Shown here: positions 45,341 to 53,462 of the stretch, one piece after another
How the letters are laid out: every line of letters begins with the position of its first letter
Position numbering within the stretch: the stretch's first letter is position 1
Source of the DNA: a bacterium
Lineage (GTDB): Bacteria > Hydrothermota > Tepidihabitantia > SM23-42
Length of the DNA: 64,000 nucleotides
Reading direction: 5' to 3'
Assembly (NCBI GenBank): GCA_049647165.1
Contig: JBARXB010000037.1
Coordinates: 15,608-79,607 of the forward strand
Notes under the pieces: model-generated
Seen by the model: the letters and a program-made list of their open reading frames with translations, nothing else
Database searches by the model: none
Told to the model about the DNA's origin: nothing
Program-made: the position numbers and the translations under genes

Positions 45341-46686
45341 ATATGCGGATATTGATCGTTGAAGATGAAAAGAACCAGCGCGTATTGCTTAAACGTATAC
45401 TGGAAAAAGAAGGCTATGATATCGTCGAAGCGGAAAATGGTCATCAAGCACTTATTCAGTTTGATGGACATGACCTTGATCTTGTCATCCTGGACCAGCG
45501 GCTGCCTGACATGACCGGTCTTGATATTTTAAAAAAATTCAGAGCGGCTAATCCCATGATTCCGGTCATTATCGTGACCGCATATGCAAATGTCAGCGAT
45601 GCGGTTAAGGCTATGAGGGAAAGTGCATACTATTATGTGACAAAACCGGTAGATGCCGAAGAGCTCTTATTGATGATCAAGAAAGCTGCAGAAACAATGA
45701 CCCTGAAGCGGGAGAATTTGGAGCTCAAGAAATCACTGCACGAAAGATACCGTTATGACCGGATAATTTACACTTCAGCCTTAATGGAAGAAACTATGTC
45801 CATGGTGTCGAGAGCAGCAGACAGCGATGCCAATATTCTGATAACCGGAGAGAGCGGCACGGGCAAGGAACTTATAGCGGGAGCAGTCCATAACCTGTCG
45901 AAAAGGGCAAAGAACCTGTTCGTGATCGCTCACCTTGCAGCGCTTCCGGAAACACTCGTTGAATCTGAATTATTCGGATATGTACGCGGGGCATTTACCG
46001 GTGCTGACAAGCACCGCATCGGCAAATTCGAATTTGCATCCGGCGGAACTTTGTTTCTCGATGAGATCGGTGAGCTGCCGGTGAACGTTCAAGCGAAGCT
46101 ACTCAGGGTTATCCAGGAGAAGAACATTGTCAGGCTCGGTGCAAACGAGGAAATTAAAGTGGACGTGCGTCTAATCTGTGCAACAAACAAAAACATAGAA
46201 GAAGAACTGGAAAAGGGGAATTTCAGGGAAGACCTTTTCTACCGTCTTAACGTTATCCGTATCCATGTGCCGCCATTGAGGGAGCGGAAAGAAGATATAT
46301 CTCTACTTGTCGACAATTTCATTCGGACCTATGCCCTAAGGGAGAAGAAAATGATCAAAGGTATTACTGACGAGGCGATGAAGAGCATCATTAGGTATGA
46401 TTATCCTGGAAACGTTCGGGAGCTCGGAAATATCATTGAGCGTGCTGCAGTGTTAACAAGGGATGAATACATAAAAAAGGAAGATCTGCCGGTTTCGCTC
46501 TTTCAAAGACCTCAGCGTATTGGCTCTGGTAAACTGAAAACAGTATTACATAAATTGGAGCGGAATATGATCGTGCAGGCACTTAATAGGTGTAAGGGGA
46601 ATCAGACCAAAGCGGCAAGAGACCTTGGCGTCTCGGAGCGTGTCTTACGCTATAAGATAGTGAAATTGAATATCAAGCCCATTTAA
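45337..46686 (+). CDS. sigma54-dependent response regulator (NtrC family)
   Basis: ATGA overlap with the kinase stop codon. Receiver domain MRILIVEDE...DLVILD. AAA+ motifs [22 protein letters not shown]-terminal Fis-type HTH. Confidence 0.9.
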   Translation: MNMRILIVEDEKNQRVLLKRILEKEGYDIVEAENGHQALIQFDGHDLDLVILDQRLPDMTGLDILKKFRAANPMIPVIIVTAYANVSDAVKAMRESAYYYVTKPVDAEELLLMIKKAAETMTLKRENLELKKSLHERYRYDRIIYTSALMEETMSMVSRAADSDANILITGESGTGKELIAGAVHNLSKRAKNLFVIAHLAALPETLVESELFGYVRGAFTGADKHRIGKFEFASGGTLFLDEIGELPVNVQAKLLRVIQEKNIVRLGANEEIKVDVRLICATNKNIEEELEKGNFREDLFYRLNVIRIHVPPLRERKEDISLLVDNFIRTYALREKKMIKGITDEAMKSIIRYDYPGNVRELGNIIERAAVLTRDEYIKKEDLPVSLFQRPQRIGSGKLKTVLHKLERNMIVQALNRCKGNQTKAARDLGVSERVLRYKIVKLNIKPI

Positions 46687-46832
46687 CATCTCTTTCTCTC
46701 TCGACCGCTGTCTCATACTGTTTTGCCGCATAGTGTGCCAGATAGCGGATGAGAGATTTTCAAAAATCATAATTTATTTGTCCTCTTGACAACGTTTTAA
46801 TTTAGAGCTATATTAATATGAGGAGGTATGAT

Positions 46833-47819
46833 ATGAAATTTTCCAAAGGTATTATTGCTTTTTTCTTTGTTTTGTTTCTAATACCGTGTTTTTTGGCGGG
46901 TGCTTCTGGGAATGCTTATGACGTAGCAGCGCAAAACAGCATTAATCAAGAACAACTCATTGGCAAGACGCCGGTCGCAAATGAGCTACAAACATATGCA
47001 GTATTGTGGGATACTACCCACGGTGTCTATCTGAATTACCAACCTTTTGTACGGTATACACAGTTGGTCGCTAATCTTGCTGACAGCGGTTACACGATGG
47101 AGTGTTGCGGTACTGGCGTGCATACTGTGGATCTCTCCCAGTATGATGTTATTATAATAGCAGTGGGCAGCAGCTGGTACACCATGTATACACAAGAGGA
47201 AGTAGACTCGTTGGTTAGCTATTATGGTGAGGGGCATGAGCGTGTCATTCTCGCCGGTGACATGAATTTTTGCGAGAACACATACTACGGTAATGGCGAC
47301 AATATCGTCTTTACTGATAATCTTTTTGACTGGTTGGCCGAGACCGGTGGTATCCTTATCATGGGTGATAACCCGGGATGTAGTAATGTAAATATCAATC
47401 CGATTTGTAATGCATTTGACATGACTGCAGGTGTTGCCGGCCTTGATCCCAGTGACCTTTACTTCACGAATTTCGCCGCTCATCCCATTTTCAATAATGT
47501 GAGCACGATCTATTATCGTGCAGCAGGCGAGGTGGCCGGTACAACACCTTCAGAACCGATAGCCTGGACTGATACAAATCAACCAACGATTATCGAGCGC
47601 GATGAAACAGTAGGCATCAAAGAAAATATCTCACGACCTATCGAACATCAATATATTGGTTCGACAATACTTGCCGGTCCCTTGGTATTGCCCAAAGATG
47701 TCCCGTGCAAAGTTTTTAATATCAGCGGCAGGAAAGTCGACGCCGCACGTCTTTCACCCGGGATCTACTTTATCGAAATAGACGGAAAGATCATACAGAA
47801 AGTAGTCAAGATTCGTTAA
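46833..47819 (+). CDS. secreted protein with short-form T9SS sorting domain
   Basis: I prefer the start at MKFSKGIIAFFFVLFLIP, which has SD GAGGAGG. C-terminus LPKDVPCKVFNISGRKVDAARLSPGIYFIEIDGKIIQKVVKIR. Confidence 0.7.
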   Translation: MKFSKGIIAFFFVLFLIPCFLAGASGNAYDVAAQNSINQEQLIGKTPVANELQTYAVLWDTTHGVYLNYQPFVRYTQLVANLADSGYTMECCGTGVHTVDLSQYDVIIIAVGSSWYTMYTQEEVDSLVSYYGEGHERVILAGDMNFCENTYYGNGDNIVFTDNLFDWLAETGGILIMGDNPGCSNVNINPICNAFDMTAGVAGLDPSDLYFTNFAAHPIFNNVSTIYYRAAGEVAGTTPSEPIAWTDTNQPTIIERDETVGIKENISRPIEHQYIGSTILAGPLVLPKDVPCKVFNISGRKVDAARLSPGIYFIEIDGKIIQKVVKIR

Positions 47820-47867
47820 GTAATTGAGTAATTAAGTCATTAAGTAATTATGTAATTGAGTAACTAA
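47820..47867. repeat. octanucleotide tandem array x6 starting at the stop codon
   Basis: GTAATTGA GTAATTAA GTCATTAA GTAATTAT GTAATTGA GTAACTAA. The gene's own 3' end, TTCGTTAA, resembles a zeroth unit. Confidence 0.9.
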
Positions 47868-47973
47868 ACAGACCAAAAAATTTATCCCGTAGCTCAAAGA
47901 GCAGCGGGATCAGATAAACAAAACAAACGATAATAACGTTCTAAAAGACTATAACGATTGAAACGACGTAAAC

Positions 47974-48022
47974 GCACTTTGCTCTATGCTATCTGCACTA
48001 TGCCCTTTACCCTAGGCCCAAC
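47974..48022. repeat. degenerate heptanucleotide array x7
   Basis: GCACTTT GCTCTAT GCTATCT GCACTAT GCCCTTT ACCCTAG GCCCAAC. The 14-mer ACGCACTTTGCTCT recurs at 47972 and 48073. Confidence 0.8.
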
Positions 48023-48109
48023 TTCTTGACTTCATCCCCGTTAAGAATATAATCTATTGCGTTAAACACTCTACGCACTTTGCTCTTGGCGCAGAAAGGA
48101 GTTTGAACA

Positions 48110-48427
48110 GTGGATAAAGAAGATGTTAAGGATATAAAGCAAATAAATAAGGACGTGGTTCTTGCTCAGTTGAGGAATTTGATCGATCCTTTGTTTTTGA
48201 GCAATGATATTTTGAAGTACGCTGAAAAATATATTTCATTTGATGAAATAGAGAAAAAGGTGAGTCAGGGAGCGGTCCGGCGTAATGATATTTCTGATTT
48301 TGTCATCTTGTTTGCACAGGCCCTGCGTGAAGATGTTAAGGCATCAGGGCGCACCGTAATTGAAACGAGTGATATCGATGCTGCATATGTCAAAGTAAAA
48401 GACCGCGCTCCTTTTTTGAAAAGATAA
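48110..48427 (+). CDS. hypothetical protein
   Basis: GTG start with SD AAAGGAG. No secure motif. Confidence 0.5.
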   Translation: MDKEDVKDIKQINKDVVLAQLRNLIDPLFLSNDILKYAEKYISFDEIEKKVSQGAVRRNDISDFVILFAQALREDVKASGRTVIETSDIDAAYVKVKDRAPFLKR

Positions 48428-48437
48428 TTCAAGAGTT

Positions 48438-49526
48438 ATGAAATTTTTCTTACGTATTATGCTCTACTCGCTACTCCCCACATTGTTGTTCTCAACGACC
48501 TGGTCACCGGTTGAAAAAAAATGTCCGATCTGCAATACAAAAAGCGAATATTATGAAATAATGAGCTATGGTTCATATGCTTATGATTACCCATCAAGAT
48601 TCGAATATATTTTCTGGCCATATACTGACGGCAAAGTTCTTTACTCCTGTCGGAAATGCTGGTTTACATGTTTTATGTGGGATTTCGAAGATATACCGGA
48701 AAGCAAGCATAAAGACATTCGTAAGTTCGTCGACAGTCTTGATCTGTATGAAACAAATGGGGATTACGATGTAATCCCCATGTCGTATAGACTTTTACTT
48801 GCTGAACGGATATATGAAATGCTCGATAAGGATGATGAATTCTGGTGTCACTTTTACCGGGTAAAAGGGCACCATCTGGCAAATGAAGGAAAGGTGGCTC
48901 ATGCTGCAGAGGCGCGTACCAAAGCACTTAATATTGCCGAGGACATGCTGCAAGATGAGGAAAAAAAAGGTATCCGAAAAGAGCTGTACATCATAACCGG
49001 AGCCATGAAGTATTATCTTAATGATCTGCAAGGCGCATGGCAAGATTTCAAACAAGCTAAAGAATTAACTTTTGGAAATGAAAACTGGAATAAGGAAAGT
49101 TTAAAGAATATAAATATCTACTTGTCCAATTTGGTCGATGATTATTTAGAAAAGATCAGTGAGAAAGAGGACAAGGCGGTATTTTCCACAATGCCGACTA
49201 TCGCTGAAGTGTATAAAGAGCCCGGAGCATTCATTGATTCAATGGTCACTGTGACCGGTATACTGCTAAATCAGGGGACAGGATATTTTAAAGATTTTAA
49301 ACCTGCACTTAAAGATGATCTCGGGAATGTCTTGCCCGTGACGGTTTGGGCTCCGCTTGAACTGCCGCCGCCCTTGAATCCGGGTCTGACACCACCAAAG
49401 GTCATGGGTTCTTATTTGGAAAAAGAAATCAGAGCAGGCGGTTATTTTCGCAAGGACGATACAGACCGTTTCGAAGGTGACTATTATTTCGAGGTTTTCG
49501 ACGCCCAGATAGTGGACGAATACTAA
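48438..49526 (+). CDS. hypothetical secreted protein with N-terminal zinc-ribbon-like CxxC pairs and a TPR-like middle (DUF2225-like)
   Basis: Signal peptide. CPICN...CRKCW pairs. Helical repeat region. The DUF2225 resemblance is from memory. Confidence 0.45.
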   Translation: MKFFLRIMLYSLLPTLLFSTTWSPVEKKCPICNTKSEYYEIMSYGSYAYDYPSRFEYIFWPYTDGKVLYSCRKCWFTCFMWDFEDIPESKHKDIRKFVDSLDLYETNGDYDVIPMSYRLLLAERIYEMLDKDDEFWCHFYRVKGHHLANEGKVAHAAEARTKALNIAEDMLQDEEKKGIRKELYIITGAMKYYLNDLQGAWQDFKQAKELTFGNENWNKESLKNINIYLSNLVDDYLEKISEKEDKAVFSTMPTIAEVYKEPGAFIDSMVTVTGILLNQGTGYFKDFKPALKDDLGNVLPVTVWAPLELPPPLNPGLTPPKVMGSYLEKEIRAGGYFRKDDTDRFEGDYYFEVFDAQIVDEY

Positions 49527-49555
49527 GCACTAAGAACTAGGAACTAAGCAGAAAA
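49521..49555. repeat. heptanucleotide array whose first unit contains the stop codon
   Basis: TACTAAG CACTAAG AACTAGG AACTAAG CAGAAAA. The gene's stop codon TAA is at 49524-49526. Confidence 0.8.
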
Positions 49556-49589
49556 AAATGATTACAGATATAATAGGAGACACTTATTC

Positions 49590-50927
49590 GTGAAAGAACG
49601 GCAAAATAAAGACCTTGAGAAAATAATCCAAGGGCTGGCAACCACTGCAAAAGGAGATTTCTCTACCAAGATCAAATTATCGGGTAAGGATGAAGATTTT
49701 ACCGCAATAGCTTCAGGTTTCAATGAAATGATCAGTGAGCTGAGAAATACTGCAGATAATGCACGAGAAGACAGGGCTAATTTAGAGAGGGTAACAAAGA
49801 AACTAAAAAGGATCTTCGAAGCAAGCAACGATATCATTCTCCAGGTGAATAAATACGGTACGTTCGTCGATATCAACCGGAGTGTCGAGGATATACTCGG
49901 GTTTACGCCTGATGATCTTATAGGAAAACATTTTGCCAAGTCAGGTGCGATTCCGGCAAACGAGATCCCTAAATTAACCAAGAGCTTCAAAGAAGCCATT
50001 ACCTCGGGTCAGGCGACAAATGTTACTGAACTCGAACTGAACGCCAAAGATGGTACCAAGGTTTGTATGGAAGCAAGTACCAAACTCATAAAACATGATG
50101 ATGAAATTGAAGGTGCTGTCGTTGTACTGCATGATGTCACAAGGCGTAGCCAGGTAGAAAAAGCTCTTCATGAACAGGATGAAAGGTTGCGTTCGATCAT
50201 TACATCAATGGAGGATTTTATCTTTATCCTCGATAAAGATCTGCAATTTGTAGATTACTATCAGTCATCCGAACACCCGGATCCAACAATGTATACAAAG
50301 CCTGAGGAGTATATAGGCAAATCGATAAAGGATGTTTTCCCAAAGCAGGTAGCTCAGGATTTTGAAAAAGCCATCCGTTACTGTATCAAGACGCAGCAGA
50401 GCCAGCAGCTCGATTATCCATGGGATATACTCGGTGCAAAACTATGGTTCAGCGCGAATATTTCGCCGCTCATGGATATCGAGGGCAAGGTTTCAGGTGT
50501 TACTGTGGTTGTGCGTGATATTACCCTGCGTATAAAAATGGAAAAAGCAATGGAAGAAAGCGAGAAAAAATATCGAAAAATATTTGAAAATTCACCGCAA
50601 GGGTTCATACTCCTCGATACCGAAGGGCATATCATAGATGTGAATAAAAAGATCTGTGATTGGCTCGATTATCGGCAAGATGAAATGATCGGGAAAGACC
50701 ACATGCTCTATCCGTTCCTCACCAAAGCCGGCAAGGTCACTGCAATGAAAAAATTCTTTCAGAGATTACTCGGTAAAGTCCTGCCTGCATATGAGCTCGA
50801 ATTTGTCACCAAAAACGGAGAGAAATTTCTTGGTGAAGTCCTTGCCATGCAGATACGAGATGATGAGGGCGAGATCGTGCAGATCCTGGCGATGATAACC
50901 GACATCACTCATCGCAAGGAAATTTAA
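49590..50927 (+). CDS. multi-PAS-domain protein without a recognisable output domain
   Basis: GTG start. HAMP-like remnant FTAIASGFNEMISELRN. Three PAS S-box-like segments. Confidence 0.7.
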   Translation: MKERQNKDLEKIIQGLATTAKGDFSTKIKLSGKDEDFTAIASGFNEMISELRNTADNAREDRANLERVTKKLKRIFEASNDIILQVNKYGTFVDINRSVEDILGFTPDDLIGKHFAKSGAIPANEIPKLTKSFKEAITSGQATNVTELELNAKDGTKVCMEASTKLIKHDDEIEGAVVVLHDVTRRSQVEKALHEQDERLRSIITSMEDFIFILDKDLQFVDYYQSSEHPDPTMYTKPEEYIGKSIKDVFPKQVAQDFEKAIRYCIKTQQSQQLDYPWDILGAKLWFSANISPLMDIEGKVSGVTVVVRDITLRIKMEKAMEESEKKYRKIFENSPQGFILLDTEGHIIDVNKKICDWLDYRQDEMIGKDHMLYPFLTKAGKVTAMKKFFQRLLGKVLPAYELEFVTKNGEKFLGEVLAMQIRDDEGEIVQILAMITDITHRKEI

Positions 50928-51010
50928 TCCCACAATATTATATCTTCAGTATTTTTTTATTAATTATTGACTTGTCCTAAAAACAGGTCATAATATTTAA
51001 ATATGGAGGT

Positions 51011-52957
51011 ATGATGTATTATTCGATAAACAAGAAATTCCTTGAAGCGATTTGTCTTATATTGATCTTTACGGGATTATTATCTGCTGAGATCGTCATT
51101 GATAAACACGATGTTCAGTCAACCCTTGAATATGTGAAGCACCAGGAAATGCAGGCATGGGCTGAGGGGATTTTATGGGCACAGCGTCGTCATGACATGC
51201 GCCAGGATCAATTTGATTCCCGCTTTGCCGTTATCGACCTGAAAGTTCTGTTCAGCACATATTCTATTGAAGCGACTGTTCAAACCACGTTCGAAAGCCA
51301 AGTTGACGGACTAACTCAGATAAAACTGGACTTTGACAATCAGTTAACGATCGATTCGGTATTCGGTGCTGTAGCATCATATAGTATGGTTGGTGAGACC
51401 CTGACCATTGATCTTGACCGACCTTATCAAACAGGCGAGATGTTCACGACTGCAACGGTTTACCACGGTCAACCGCGTGTCATTGGCGGGCTCAAGGGAT
51501 TCCGGTTTGTGAATCATGGTGGCGTGCCTAACGTCGCCACCTTGTGTACCCCTTTCCTTGCGCATTATTGGTGGCCGTGTGTTGATGGTCCGGCTGATAA
51601 ACTCGATTCAGTGCATCTTTTTGTTACTATCCCGGATACATCATATGGTGGTTATCCTATGTATGCTGCTTCCAATGGTAAACTCGTAGACACGACTCAT
51701 GCTGGTAATGGTTGGGTAACCTATGCATGGCAGGAAAATTATCCGATCGTTCCTTATTATGTGTCAATCGCTATTACCAATTACCGGATTTTTTCACATT
51801 ATTATCCTTATGGTGCCGATTCTATGGAAGTACCATATTATGTATTTCCGGAACATTATGCGTCAGCCCAGGAGACTTTTGCCGAGACAGTTGATATGAT
51901 CACCTTTTTTGCTGATCTCTACGGTGAGTATCCGTTCCTCAGTGAAAAATACTCAATGGCTGATATCGGTTTCTACGGAGCTATTGAAAATCAGACCAAG
52001 ACCATAATGGGTGGCGTTACGCCCGGTTGGTATATGGTGGTCTGTCATGAACTCGCACATATGTGGTTTGGTGATATGATAAGCCCGACATCGTGGCATC
52101 ATGTTTGGGTTAACGAGGGTTTTGCCACTTACAGCGAAGCGCTCTGGTGGGGCGATAAATACGGTAGTGCTGAATACCATTCTTATATGGAAAGCCTTGA
52201 GTACTGGGGAGATGGCACTATTTATCTGGAAGATGTTTCCAGTCCATGGGGTGTTTTTCTAACCATTGTTTATGATAAAGGAGCCTGGGTTTTGCACATG
52301 CTGCGACATGTCGTGGGTGATTCTACTTTCTTTGAGATAATCCATGATTATGCAACTGACCCTCAGTTCATGTATAAGAATGCCGATACCGAAGATTTTC
52401 AACAGGTTTGTGAAAATATTTCAGGCATGGATCTGTCCAGCTTTTTTAACCAGTGGATATATGATGAGTATTATCCGCAGTACGAGTATTGGTGGTCGAG
52501 TAGCAAGAGGTTTGATAAAGAAGACCAGTATCAGGTCCAGGTTGGGATACGTCAGAAACAGCAGGCATCGGGCTGGCGTCCGGTTTTTGAAATGCCAATT
52601 GACCTTGAATTCGAAATGCCCGGTTCAGATACTACGGTTGTGGTTCAGAATTATGATACGGTTCAGATCTATCAGTTTGACTTAAACGAGCAGCCGACCG
52701 CGCTAAACTTTGATCCTGAAAACTGGATTCTCGATGTCGCTAATGAGATCGGTGTAAAAGAGAATATTGCAGACGCTAAAACTCAGCTGCGAATTTTTCC
52801 AACCGTATTTAGCGGACCCCTGTGCCTGTCTGATGACAGAATTTACAGGGTTTTTGATATCACCGGACGTGAGGTTGATGTGAAGCATCTCAACCCGGGA
52901 TTTTATTTTATTGAAGTCGACGGCAGGATAACTCAAAAGGTTGTGAAGATAAAATGA
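51011..52957 (+). CDS. M1-family aminopeptidase with short-form T9SS sorting domain
   Basis: GAIEN exopeptidase motif, HELAHMWFGD-x18-NEGFATY zinc site, and C-terminus RVFDITGREVDVKHLNPGFYFIEVDGRITQKVVKIK. Confidence 0.9.
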   Translation: MMYYSINKKFLEAICLILIFTGLLSAEIVIDKHDVQSTLEYVKHQEMQAWAEGILWAQRRHDMRQDQFDSRFAVIDLKVLFSTYSIEATVQTTFESQVDGLTQIKLDFDNQLTIDSVFGAVASYSMVGETLTIDLDRPYQTGEMFTTATVYHGQPRVIGGLKGFRFVNHGGVPNVATLCTPFLAHYWWPCVDGPADKLDSVHLFVTIPDTSYGGYPMYAASNGKLVDTTHAGNGWVTYAWQENYPIVPYYVSIAITNYRIFSHYYPYGADSMEVPYYVFPEHYASAQETFAETVDMITFFADLYGEYPFLSEKYSMADIGFYGAIENQTKTIMGGVTPGWYMVVCHELAHMWFGDMISPTSWHHVWVNEGFATYSEALWWGDKYGSAEYHSYMESLEYWGDGTIYLEDVSSPWGVFLTIVYDKGAWVLHMLRHVVGDSTFFEIIHDYATDPQFMYKNADTEDFQQVCENISGMDLSSFFNQWIYDEYYPQYEYWWSSSKRFDKEDQYQVQVGIRQKQQASGWRPVFEMPIDLEFEMPGSDTTVVVQNYDTVQIYQFDLNEQPTALNFDPENWILDVANEIGVKENIADAKTQLRIFPTVFSGPLCLSDDRIYRVFDITGREVDVKHLNPGFYFIEVDGRITQKVVKIK

Positions 52958-53006
52958 AGAACCTGACTTTTAAACCGGTTGACTTGATCACTGATAAGGA
53001 GGTTGC

Positions 53007-53420
53007 ATGTTGATCTACATGGTCGCTATCGTTGTTATTCTGTTTATCATCTGGCTCTTTATGAGAAACTGGCCCAGGTTGAAAAAGGATAGAGGTCCTA
53101 CTTTTTCGAATTTACGGTGTCCGACATGTAAAGTCCCGTTCCGTTATGAGAACAAGCGGATCAAGATCCTCTTAAGGACCGGTAACGAAGAGATCCTGAA
53201 CCTCTGTTCCTGTGATAAATGCCACCAGTATTTTATCGATGGTTATGAGGATGTCTTCGCATCAGAAGATGAGTGCAAGGAATGGATCTATGGGCCCTAT
53301 ACTGAAGAAGACGTGGCGAAATTCAGCGAAGTACTGAAAAAGTGCCCGGATCCCCTGGACAAACACTGTAAATGCGCGGCTCATGAGTACTTTTACAACC
53401 GAATTTATCCGAGCTTGTAA
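53007..53420 (+). CDS. hypothetical membrane-anchored Cys-rich protein
   Basis: N-terminal TM helix and several CxxC-type pairs (CPTCK, CSCDKCH). Confidence 0.45.
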   Translation: MLIYMVAIVVILFIIWLFMRNWPRLKKDRGPTFSNLRCPTCKVPFRYENKRIKILLRTGNEEILNLCSCDKCHQYFIDGYEDVFASEDECKEWIYGPYTEEDVAKFSEVLKKCPDPLDKHCKCAAHEYFYNRIYPSL

Positions 53421-53462
53421 GCAAGCTCACAAATTTTATCCAGCGATACCGGTACTGATATT

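Noticed and set aside
48110-48427. Bacterial histone-fold protein, based on ASGRTVIETSDIDAAYVKV resembling the L2-alpha3 GRKT(I/V)...DI..A signature.
   Set aside because: The segment that would be helix alpha2 is about 9 residues too short in my alignment to archaeal HMfB, and it contains helix-breaking residues. Structure prediction would be needed, so it is not claimed.
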